This document shows positions 52,478 to 64,000 of a stretch of 64,000 bases of DNA, piece after piece. Within the stretch, counting starts at the first letter, position 1; each line of letters begins with the position of its first letter. The notes beneath the pieces were generated by a model, which was not told the DNA's origin, searched no databases, and was given only the letters and a program-made list of their open reading frames with translations. The translations under genes were made by a program, and so were the position numbers. Location: NCBI GenBank assembly GCA_040954595.2, contig CM082577.2, forward strand, positions 20,248,303 through 20,312,302, in the 5' to 3' direction. This DNA comes from Balanoglossus misakiensis (Eukaryota; Animalia; Hemichordata).

Positions 52478-53712
52478 CTGAAAATTCAAGTTTTAAAAAT
52501 ATCACAAGAACAATTATTCGTTGATGACATTTATTCTACTTACATTATATTTGGATTTTTCTGTGAACATTATTGCATTATAATACAAGTCGGGACCATT
52601 TAGTGATACATGTACTACCCTTTTCTGTGAGGTCAGACAGGAACCAAAGCCACACACATTAATATAGATGCACATAAGGATTGCCATGCTACAACACAAC
52701 AGAATGAATAATGAAAATACAATTACTGACACAGAGGGTGTCTCTAAATACATCACAGACCACTTCATCATTGAACAGCATTGCCACACAAGAGTTAAAG
52801 GCCAACGATCGTCTAATGCACATGTGCGTTATTTCGCATGTACAAACATTACTTCCAATCCAAATGTTCTGTAAATGTTGCATTTAAAGCATTCAAACAG
52901 TTGATTCTATTTGCTTCTTCTAATTTCATGCGCATCGTATAAGTAGACTTTAGTTTTGTCCCTTTTTTCACCCAATTTGCTGTCTTTTCCTGATCTCCTG
53001 CACAGACTATGGTTGCGGACATCTTGTATGCTGTTAAGGACAGCACACTGCCTTATGGCATTGTCTGTATACAATTTTGTGTTTGGTTCGGTACATGCAT
53101 TTAAGACCCACTGTTTTGCAGCTTCTTTGACCTGCTAGCAACTCTGTCGTAATGCAGCCACAGACAGCACAACAGTCCACCATTTAAAAGTACCATGTCT
53201 CCAAAATGATAAAAGTACAAAGTGTATATTGTAAAGTATATTGTTTTGTTAAATTATCATATTTTTGAAAAATAGCTCCTGATGACATGCGATTGATATG
53301 CATTGGGTATCTAATACATTTTAAACACAAAATGCAATTAAATGTAAATTTTGTTGACACATTAGTAATCATTAAAACGGTGACTGAATTGTTTTCTCGG
53401 CATTGGTAACAGCAGGTAGAGGAAAGCAAATGACAATGAAGAATGTGTATGATCTTTTATGACCTCAGCACAAATATGAACTTTGGCACACAGAACTTTC
53501 AAGCATAATGTTTTGTGGTTTGGTTTTCAATATATCAAACCCTAACAATGCAATACAAGCTTATTCTCTTGAGAGACTTTGCAACCAATGAAGGTCAAAA
53601 GCATTTGATCAACATCAAAAAAGAACTATTTATAATATCTTGGTGTGATATTTCTATGAGCTATAGCTATAAGTGGTTGGTTCTGTTAATGCAGATAGGT
53701 TGTGACATTATT

Positions 53713-55380
53713 GAGAGAATAATGTAAGCCCCAAAGACCCATAATGGATGAAAGCACACATTGTGCAACATAATGTGCGAGGTGAATGCCGAGCACATAA
53801 TGAAGTACAATGAGTGCTTGAGTTTATTATGGGTCTTTGGGGCGTACATTATTCTTATTATTTTATAGTTTTGTCAATGCCAGTAAATTTGCAGACTTCA
53901 ATAATCTTTAAAATACCATAGGTGCGAAAAATTCAGACTCGGAGACAGATCGAGAACGGAGCAATGGCGTATGCGTAAACAAAAGGTCAGCTGATCAGTG
54001 TATCAGTGTACTGTACATTTCTAGTATCATATTCAAACATCAGGAAATAAACGATGAAGGTTTATTAACGCATGTGAAAATTCATATAAGGGTTCTGCTG
54101 AAATATATCTGAAAAAGTTTCAATTTTTGTGAAATCTTGGTGAGGACTCAGGGAATATTTGCATTCGTTTGCGATCTCAGGAAAGTTCACGTATACGGGC
54201 GCTCGGAAGGTTGCAATACATAAACAAACTCGCCCTCGATCGACCCTCCGTACCGCGTAGACAACATGACAGTGACACTTGCGGCATATTTTTTTTACGT
54301 ATAGCTTCGTTGACATGACTGCTTGGTACATGGTACACTGTATGTATGGTGAACGAATGTTAAATCCAGCATCATCGAGAGGTTTGCTTTACATGCAGGA
54401 GTGAGCCATGTTGAAAACTGCGCTTGATTCAAGACCAGACGACAATGTATCGCCGCGGTAGGAAGAAAAAAATAAAATCAAAAATCAAGGTCAGATTTGA
54501 AATAAAAAAATATCGCAATATTTATTCTGTGCAACTGCAAGTTTTCATTTCTTTTTATAGCTCATATTATTTACATTGTTTGAAAACCTCCGTTATTCAG
54601 TCAGAAATTGTACAAATCAGACTGGTAGCGCGTCCATGTAAAGACACGATACATTATCAGTAATAATATACAGCTATGATGTCACAAAATTCACTGGTAT
54701 TGCCGCATGCTAGTTCAGGGGCTCGTTTTAGCACTGCTAGCAGTGCATTATTGAGTATTATATTATACCAGTATATTGATGGTGTAAATCACGCTATTTG
54801 ATTGGTCGAGACACGACACGTGACCGTGATATATTAGCCATATACCACAGTCATATATCATAGTCAAAGAAAATGCCTTTTTAAAATGTTTTATGCAAAG
54901 TTTCAATATACTGACATAATATAATAGCAATAAAACACCCCCAGCCATGGTATACCACTCGATTTTGACCAGTTTAACTCCATATATATGTCGTGAACTG
55001 GTCAAAATCTCGTGGTATACCATGGCTGGGGGTGTTTTATTGCTTAATTTTAGCATCGCAGATGCTGGATTGAGCTCTCGTCCAATCAGAATTGCGGACG
55101 GTAGCATGATATAATATAATAGGGGTTATTACGCGAAGTTTGGTCAATAACGCGTTGTATTCGAGTGATGTGTCCGTATTTTTACTAGTTGCAAAGCAAC
55201 AAGTTAAAATATAGACATCACGAGAATATGACGTGTAATCGACCAAACTAAGTGTAATAACCCCTTTATCATTCATGGATACTTATAAAACAGTATGATT
55301 TGCGAAAATGCGCCGAGAACTCAGTTCACCACAACACCATGCGACTGTGGTTTATGTGATGATTTAGCGCGTTCGTTTCG
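53713..55380. repeat. Cluster of palindromic non-autonomous elements
   Basis: Palindromes at 53713-53858, 54927-55043 and 55120-55266 (the last repeated at 58830-58976). Confidence 0.7.
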
Positions 55381-57392
55381 TGGTACTTAATGCATCTTAT
55401 CTTCACTGTTCAAACAATATCACAGTGGCAATACAACCGTTCCGGTTCCATGTATGATAATTTTTGTTACAATCATTTTCATCTCCAAAATGTTCTGAAA
55501 TTCAAATACATGCTGACATTCTTTTTTGTAAACATGGTGGTCTTTATGATGCATAGGTACAATTTTATGGCATATCCAAGTGTGTACACATCTAGTTTAC
55601 ACTGGATACATAAAAGTTTTGATAACGGGTCTACATTTGATGATGTAATAAAAAAGTCAACACATCCTCTGCTCACTGGCAGACATGACTGTCCTTCAAT
55701 ATTTACACAACCATCCAATTTATCGGACAATTTTTAACTTCACAATACATGTACGGTATTTTCTACAGAATCTGATCTTCTCATTTCTATTTTAAGGTTA
55801 GTAATTTTCATAACTGTCCGCTCGCCAAACTGCGACAAAAAGTATCATTTGCCAGAAGATTTTCGCACAATTTAGCCGAACTTGCAAATCCAAAATGAAC
55901 CATGCTGTCACACAATACCATTTACTGTCTTGCATAACAGCTTAGGGAACTCGGGCTTTTGTCATGATTTCTTTGTAATGAATCATACATACTTGGATTT
56001 TGTTTTTGGCAGCAGCAGCAGCAAAACAGCTGTTTCCATCATCAATCAGAGCATAAAATAAAATAACAGTATGATTATGTTTAGCATACTAAAGGCTTTC
56101 CAGAAGAGACTGAACATGTACCCAACATCAGCATGTCTTACATGCTATCATATTATCCAATATCCAATCAAGTGAGAAAAACAGCAAAAATCATTACCAA
56201 ACTTGTGCATTCTTTAATACATATGTCCAATTTTACTTTAGACCAGCCAAAAACTAAATCTCTGAAAGCCAAAAAAAAAAAACGCTCTTTCACATGGTCA
56301 ATAACATGATAACGCATTTAATAAAACTGCGAAAGATATACAACACAAAAGATGCAACAACAAATCTGACTGGCACGAACAATCATTACCGTGTGCCTTT
56401 GCTGAAAAAAAATTGATCAAAAAAGAACTGTACAGTAAAGTACAGACTGCTAATGGAATGGCTTGTTTGTTTAATAAATTTTGTGAGTTTTAGGAACCCA
56501 GGGGAAACATTGATAAAACGTAGACTGCTGGTATGGATGATACACCATTTTGTGTGGAGGAGACATATATGCACAGAGAATGGAGAATATTGATGGATGT
56601 GACGAAAACAGGTGTGCAATGCGTTTTTAGTGCACATCATTTTTTTCTGAATTGTGAAAATGGTGTATCCATCAATTAAAAGCAAACTGATGTGAAAATT
56701 GTAAAGCCCATGCTCTCACTTCCAAAGCAATCAGTGACGTACAACTGAAGATATGCATAACCCAAGCTGCATGTACATGTATCCAGTGTTCTGCAAAGGT
56801 CCTTGGCTGGTGGAGCCTCAGGCCGATTCTTTTCTATATCTACACATCATGCTTGGAGCCCCTGATTTTCGAGTGTTCTGTCTCAGTTTTATTCAGTTTC
56901 ACTTATAGGTAGCAGTGTAGAGTCGTTTGAGATATGTGGAAGTGACGTAAAAGGCTACGCTCCCAAGTATTGAGGCCTGTATGGAGGACATAGGGTGGCA
57001 TTGCATGAAAAGTTGTAATTTTTGCCAAATTATACTTTTTTACATAAATCAGTAGGTCTTATACTAAGAATAAACTCTGATTCGATACAACTCACCGTGA
57101 ATTCGATCAATTTTTGTAAAAATCTAACTTTCAAACGCTGTTACTCCTCAATGGCAGCAGATAATGCAAAATAAAATTTTCGTTTTTTTTCACGTGTACT
57201 CTAGTTTTGAATGACATATTAAGATGCATGACGCATGGTCAACTTTTTAAACCCAAAAACGCCACCATTTCAATAAAATGTGCAACTCAAAAGGAAGTTC
57301 AAAAACTCAGCTTCCAGAATATGTATGGTTTATATGGGTTTTAATGTTGTCTTTGATGAGAAATTGGCCTCTGAAAAAGTCTTGACAGTTTC

Positions 57393-57850
57393 GTGCAATG
57401 CCACCTTAAACTGAATGACAACAAGACTGAAATCATCCATTTTTCATCACGCTTCAGTAAAACAGTTTTTATACCATGTATAGAAATTGGTGAAAGCTCA
57501 GTTAATGCAACATCAGTTGTACGTGACCTTGGTGTTATGCTTGATTCAGAACTGAAAATGACAAATCATGTAAACTACATCTGCAAGACACCAACCATCT
57601 CTAGCAATTAGACTTGGACAATGCCAGCACTGAAAAACTCGTCCATGCTTTTATTATGTCTAGACTGGATAACTGCAATGTAGTTGTGTATAGACTTCCA
57701 AAAAAAGAGTTGGAAAAATTACGAGTTCAGAATACTGCTGCAAGATTTGTCCTCAGAAGCAGAAAATATGACCATATCTCTTCTGTATTACGAGATCTTC
57801 ACTGGTTAACTGTGAAGAAGTAAGTGCATAGACTACAAAATTCTACGATT
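57393..57850 (+). mobile_element. Degenerate L2/CR1-group LINE RT C-terminal fragment
   Basis: HLKLNDNKTEII..VRDLGVMLDSELKMTNHVNYICK; LVHAFIMSRLDNCN..RVQNTAAR..YDHIS.VLRDLHWL. Confidence 0.85.
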
Positions 57851-59765
57851 TTTGTCCATCACACATCTTCGAGGAAACATTTCCAATCACAGCAAATCAT
57901 CCATATTTAGTTTTGAAGTATAAGTTTTGTTATTATTGGTGACAGATTCGTTGGATTGAATTCTGGCGCAATTATGCCAATATGTGAATTTAAACAATCA
58001 TGTGACAAGGAGCTCAGTGAATGCAACGTAATGGTGAGTGATTTCTTGTATGAGAGTTGGATCGAGAGGGACTTACAGCAGAGGATTCCACCTTATCAGC
58101 CAACGATGACATAAGTAGATGTATTTGTAAAACCAACTTTTTCCGCTTTTGTTTTGAGACTTTTTAATCAAAATCGCAGCTGCCAATGAGTCATTACGGG
58201 TGAACTAGCCAGTGTGCTGTGGATGTGAAGTTTCAACTGCGCATGCCCAAAACTTTGCTGGATAGAGAAAATGACTTGCAAGTCAAGATTATAACGATAA
58301 GCATTTCCAAATAGGAACCTTTTTATTTAGAACCATTGTATGGGGAAAAAATATGAAATTTCACAGAGTGGGGTTTTAAAATGATACAGGCAGAAATTGT
58401 TTGGCACAGACCAGTGAACCCTTTTAAAATTTTGACCATCTTTCGCTTCAGTCCCAGAACGAAGGGTATTTCAGATGACTGCAGAATATGCACTCACGAC
58501 TAAATGCCTACCTTAAATTGTAATTTATATTTATTCGTAATGAATTAGAAGCCATAGGGCAACAGTAGAGGAAAATGCATTTACAACTTGTCATCATATT
58601 CTTCCTAATCAAATGCAGATTCTTTATCACTGTCACTGTAATAATATGAGGTTATTACAAAAATACCGCAAAGTATCGCCCAACGCGTAGCGGAGGGCGA
58701 TGCACTGCGCTTTCATCTAATCACAGTATTTATTGACCAATGAGAGTCATGTTTACAACAGCCCTTCAACCACTTAAATATACAATCAATCTTTCCATTA
58801 TATCCCTTATCTGACAAATTGCAATTTTTAGGGGTTATTACACGAATTTTGGTCGATAACGCGTCGTATTCGAGTGATGTCCGTATTTTGACGAGTTGCG
58901 CTTCGCAACGAGTCAAAATACGGACCATCACGAGAATGCGTCGCGTTATCGACCAAAATTTGTGTAATAACCCCTTTATCATACATGCCTACCTATAAAA
59001 CAGTACGTTTTGCGAAAATGCGCCGAGAAAACCAATTTCAAATTTGAACCAGGCGCTGGGATCACGGCAGTAGCCATGTTGTGACGTATGATGTGTGGGC
59101 CGTAGTATCATTTTAAGGGGGTTGGCAGCTTTCATTACGATGGGCACATCCGCATTCTAAATAAAATTGTCTACATTCTCTTTCAAAATATCATGTTAAC
59201 AATTATTTTGCATTGAGAATTTCGAAGAACTAAAAATGATACATTCAACATGACAAAACCGCCAGCTTTGAAAACGTTATTACAGCTTCTAATAACCAAA
59301 TTTTACAACACCCCTCTCCACTAGAGTCCTATGCCCCGTGTGTCGCTCGCACGCGCAGCGAACTGTCGCGCCGAGACGCGGACGGGATATTTTCACATTG
59401 TGAAATACCGTTAAATATCTTCTGGGCGAGAACAATAGAAAGTGTTAAATACAGGCGTTGCATGTATGATAATAACTGATATTATCCAGGGGAAAATGCA
59501 TGTTGGGCACCTGACTTCACTACCCGCCCCACTTTACCATCAGACTCATTTTACCTAGTCAGCTAATATCATCTGGTAATGCTGTAAGTGTTAATGTTTA
59601 AGTATCCTCCAAGCTATCTAACAACAGCGACAAAAAACCTGACCAATCCATCACCATTGCAAACAAATCCAAACACAAACAAATAGAATCTATCCATGGC
59701 CATTCTTGATATTTCACTACAAATAAACTGGTCTCATTCATGGTAGTGACAAATATGCGACTTAC

Positions 59766-59882
59766 TTCTGTTTTGACTTTATTTCCTTGTGAATAATTCT
59801 TCTGTTTGTTAAGTAGATCTTTTTGCAATTGGTCAACACTAGCTTCAACAGGTACCAGAAGTTCTTTGTGGAAAGAGTGTGC
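59766..59882 (-). CDS. BAIAP2: BAIAP2-like, IMD exon
   Basis: 117 bp. AHSFHKELLVPVEASVDQLQKDLLNKQKNYSQGNKVKTE resembles LKSFHNELLTQLE. Confidence 0.92.
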
Positions 59883-60269
59883 CTGAAAAACAAATATTGT
59901 CAAACATTCCTATGTTGTGAAGATAAGATTTCAATGTTTTCCAGCTAGAACTCAATGATGTGTTTTATGGTTTGTACAAAAAGGTTGCCAAATTACCTCA
60001 TAAAACCAAACCATTATGCTGGTAGTTAGTAGCCAGACATGTCTCACCCAATCTACTCCAACAACAAAGATTATCACTGTCAGACAGAGAATACTGACTT
60101 CTGACTACATGTTTGTAGGCCAGCCAACGTCAAGTTTGCATTAAACCATACTGGCATGATGAAATCATTATTTAAATGCATAAAATTACTTGTCCTTACA
60201 AATTTATCAAGTATACAGCTGTAATGCTAATATTAATGTACTTTATGTACTAGTAATTTTAAAACTTAC

Positions 60270-60331
60270 GGCAATTTCTCTCTGTGTTTCAATGTCTCTC
60301 AGTGTTGCAGCAATCTGTAGTAATATTTCAC
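60270..60331 (-). CDS. BAIAP2: BAIAP2-like, IMD exon
   Basis: 62 bp, phase 1 to 0. (G)EILLQIAATLRDIETQREIA resembles GDVLFQMAEVHRQIQ. Confidence 0.92.
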
Positions 60332-60476
60332 CTGCAAAAGAATATCAACCAAATATACATGTATCTATACTGTCATTGTTTTGCCCTGCAAGGAGATGCA
60401 GCATAGATTTATCTTATGGGAGTACAGTACAAATAAGTACCCAGATATTTCTTCAGAATAATCCACTCATTCACAT

Positions 60477-61082
60477 ACATACACCGTCCGTACGTCCGTC
60501 CATCCATCCATCCATCCATAAATACATCCATCCATCCATACACATACACATCCATCCATCCATCCATCCATCCATCCATCCATCCATACATACATACATG
60601 TACATGTCATACATACATACATACATACATACATACATACATACATACAATATACATACATACATACATACATACATACATACATACATACATACATACA
60701 TACATACAGATAGATGCAACTGATCCAATATGGTCCCAATATAAATGAAATGGGACCTAAATCCATCCATAAATATATCCATCCATCTATACATCCATCC
60801 ATACACATACACATCCATCCATCCATCCATCCATCCATCCATACATACATACATACATGTACATGTCATACATACATACAATATACATACATACATACAT
60901 ACATACATACATACATACATACATACATACATACATACATACATACATACATGTATACATACATACATGTCATACATACATACATACATACATACATACA
61001 TACATACATACATACATACATACATACATACATACATACATTCATACATACATACATACATACATACATACATACATACATA
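60477..61082. repeat. (CATC)n/(CATA)n microsatellite array with duplicated hairpin tail
   Basis: Read directly. Tail GATAGATGCAACTGATCCAATATGGTCCC..GGGACCTAAA at 60709-60761. Confidence 0.97.
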
Positions 61083-61156
61083 CAGTGCAGCTTAGGAATA
61101 GCTTTCCAATTTGCTAACAACTTGCTGACACGGTGTTTATAATGAGTCAACACAGT

Positions 61157-61970
61157 AGGGGGGGGTTACACGTGCCTGTTTACTCCGGACCTGACACCGG
61201 ATTAAATTTAACCCGGTGTCAGTTTGACGTGTGACCAGACAACTCCGGACTAACACCGCATTAAAATAATCCGGAGTCGGAGGGGTGGTTCAGGTACGGT
61301 GCGCCGTCTTAAACAATGACCTCTTCACACGTGTGACCCGATCGCCGAACTAAACACCGCACTAAATCTTGTCTTCCGGCTCGCGGTCATTACCACGATG
61401 GGCAGCGTTCAAGCAAGATGCTCCCGCGATCGCGGCAACAATTGGTCAGATGACGAAGTCAAACTACTGATTTAATCTGGAAAGACGAAAACATTTCACC
61501 ATTCTAATCAGTTAGTTGGCATCACGATCTATTCGGAAACTTCAGAGTTCGATCCCAGTTATGGCATCGAAACTTCAAAGAAATGCCTTGTAAGACAAAT
61601 GGGTTAAACAACATTCGTGTGCACATAGCCTTACGGTGAAATTGAAGGAAATGCCAGTTGGCGTGGTAGGTTAGGCCGTCAAAATTCTCTCCTAGTAAAT
61701 ATCTTCGCCGAAAGCGTCTCGATTGATTGATTGAACACAAAAAGAGCGTGGAGAACAGCTGTGCGATGTTTACGTCGGCCATTTTGGCGATTGTGGTTAA
61801 GCTGAGTTAGCCCAGTGAATACCGCTGAGGGCGCTTGACCCGAACTAAATTTAGAGCTTGCAAATTGACGTGTAAACGAGCGTTCTCGTAAGTCGCTGAT
61901 AAGGAATGTTTACAGAGCAACAAATCCGATCAACTCAGGTTTAAAATTATTCACGTGTAACCCCAGCAAT
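61157..61970. mobile_element. Internally deleted Harbinger transposon
   Basis: GGGGTTACACGTG ... CACGTGTAACCCC inverted ends. The + strand encodes MGSVQARCSRDRGNNWSDDEVKLLI(frameshift)IWKDENI (Myb/SANT-trihelix start); convergent ORF 61522-61782(-). Confidence 0.7.
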
Positions 61971-61971
61971 A

Positions 61972-62335
61972 GTTAGCCTGTGTGTTCCAAGTGTTACAAA
62001 GGTGTGAATCTGCTGGCCCTGGCACTTGGCATTGTTCAGTGTTAGCATGTGCTACAAAGGTGTTAAACCTTGGCGCACCCTATTGTTTTGGCACACAGTG
62101 TTAGCCTGTGTGTTCCAAGTGTTACAAAAGTGTGAATCTGCTGGCCCTGGCACTTGGCATTGTTCAGTGTTAGCATGTGCTACAAAGGTGTTAAACCTTG
62201 GCGCACCCTATTGTTTTTGGCACACAGTGTTAGCCTGTGTGTTCAAAGTGTTACAAAGGTGTGAATCTGTTGGCCCTGGCACTTGGCATTGTTCAGTGTT
62301 AGCACCTTGGCGCACCCTATTGTTTTGGCACACCC
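61972..62335. repeat. ~128-bp tandem repeat, ~3 copies
   Basis: GTTAGCCTGTGTGTTC starts at 61972, 62100 and 62229. Confidence 0.9.
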
Positions 62336-62463
62336 CAGTTAAACACAAGCCCAATAGGTGCTAATTAGAGCGCCAATAGGGTGCTAACCCAGAGTTGACC
62401 CAGTGTTTAAACAGAGTTGACCCAGTGTTGGTGCAGTTGGAAAGCTATTCCTAAGCTGCACTG

Positions 62464-63061
62464 TACATGTCATACATACATACATACATACATACATACA
62501 TACATACATACATACATACATACATACATACATACATACATACATACATACATACATACATACATACATACATACATACATACATACATACATACATACA
62601 TACATACATACATTCATACATACATACATACATACATACATACATACATACATACATACATACATACATACATACATACATACATACATACATACATACA
62701 TACATACATACATACATTCATACATACATACATACATACATACATACATACATACATACATACATACATACATACATACATACATACATACATACATACA
62801 TACATACATACATACATACATACATACATTCATACATACATACATACATACATACATACATACATACATACATACATACATACATACATACATACATACA
62901 TACATACATACATACATACATACATACATACATACATACATACATACATACATACATACATTCATACATACATACATACATACATACATACATACATACA
63001 TACATACAGATAGATGCAACTGATCCAATATGGTCCCAATATAAATGAAATGGGACCTAAA
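62464..63061. repeat. (CATA)n microsatellite (~540 bp) followed by hairpin tail
   Basis: Read directly; same tail as 60709-60761. Confidence 0.97.
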
Positions 63062-63413
63062 TAGGAGAAAAAAAAGTCAATCAGGGGCATGCACATTGAC
63101 CAGACAACAGCTGTCCTTTTTGGCCTTTATCTTGTTCTAGCTACATGTTATATACTTTATGCATACATAATTCAAGGTTTACATTGCACCTGTCAACTGA
63201 CAGATGAACTTTGACCTGACTGTACAAACACAATGAACTTACATTTGTATGAAGTGTCTATTGGTGGAGGTAGCTCAGCAGTCGGAACAGTCCTTACAGC
63301 AAAAATGTCTCATTCACCACAAATATTGCATGTGCCTATGATTTGTTCATAAGGATTTGGTGTATAGAGTAACCTAAGCAGAAATGTCTGCACAAAATAA
63401 TTGAAAGACCTAC

Positions 63414-63500
63414 CTAACTGTCTTGATGCTTTAGTTTCACTGGCAATTTCCCCCAATTTTACAATAGATTCAAAATACGATTTGGCAGCATGAGATACAA
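63414..63500 (-). CDS. BAIAP2: BAIAP2/IRSp53-like, IMD exon (most 5' exon recognised in the window)
   Basis: 87 bp, phase 1-1. VSHAAKSYFESIVKLGEIASETKASRQL(G) resembles VTYAAKGYFDALVKMGELASESQGSKELG. Confidence 0.95.
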
Positions 63501-64000
63501 CTACAATGAGAAGAAAGCAGAAAAAATGAGTATAAAATGACAGTGTCATTGAAGTACAATCAACGCATATTGCAACAAGTTACAGACGAAATTAACATTT
63601 CTTCAGTGCTGGGCTAGCCCAAGGCTAGTACTAGAACAATTAATCTGCTGGATTGCTAGCAACATGCATGCAAGGCTAACACCAGGACAAGTACATCCAC
63701 AGAAATAGTCAATTAACCAGCATAATGTTGGCACGAGAATAATTCAACATCTTACCATAACATACATGATGCATATTGCTTTTGTAATACTAGATTAATA
63801 TAAGCAAAGTTCTTGCACATGTCTGACGCTGGGCTCACATGCTGAAATGTTTACTTTCACTATACCATTGGCACATTATGCAAACACTCCTAACACCCTG
63901 CAAGCCATTAGAACCCTTCCACAGTCCGGCTAATGTGTCAGGGTGGAATAGTAGGATTGACCAATTACATGTCGTAAATCTAATAAGGGTCAAAGTTTTA

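Larger units (their letters stand above)
61083..62463. mobile_element. Tc1/mariner-type MITE (TA TSD) inserted in the (CATA)n array
   Basis: TA|CAGTGCAGCTTAGGAATAGCTTTCCAA ... TTGGAAAGCTATTCCTAAGCTGCACTG|TA. Confidence 0.85.

Noticed and set aside
60190-63048. HTYI/MYVC-repeat ORFs
   Set aside because: Translations of (CATA)n/(CATC)n microsatellites.

Overview
Animal genomic DNA: AT-rich, GT-AG introns, and very dense in non-autonomous DNA transposons. It looks like a marine invertebrate, possibly a hemichordate-like deuterostome (inference only). Three spliced genes can be reconstructed by hand. (1) The last three coding exons of a divergent protein phosphatase 1 catalytic subunit (+, 2098-3072). 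(2) A TFPT/INO80F-like gene (-, at least 3 exons, 18957 to 12577, 3' end unresolved). (3) Most of an IRSp53/BAIAP2-like gene (I-BAR/IMD + SH3; -, 13 phase-consistent coding exons from 63500 to 28685, 5' end outside the window). The four >1100-aa ORFs at 32-35.5 kb are artefacts of a 33-bp intronic minisatellite (~107 units) that splits the SH3 domain. Introns and intergenic DNA hold many nested elements: PIF/Harbinger MITEs (TWA TSD), Kolobok-type palindromic MITEs (TTAA), two P/Galileo-type elements with 7-bp TSDs (one a 1.3-kb fold-back), a 3.4-kb fold-back with 182-bp subterminal arrays around an L1/Tx1 fragment, Helentron/DINE-1-like elements carrying (CATA)n arrays, and pogo, L2 and RTE-X remnants. 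No prokaryotic features, CRISPR array, rRNA or tRNA were seen. All calls come from manual reading without database searches.
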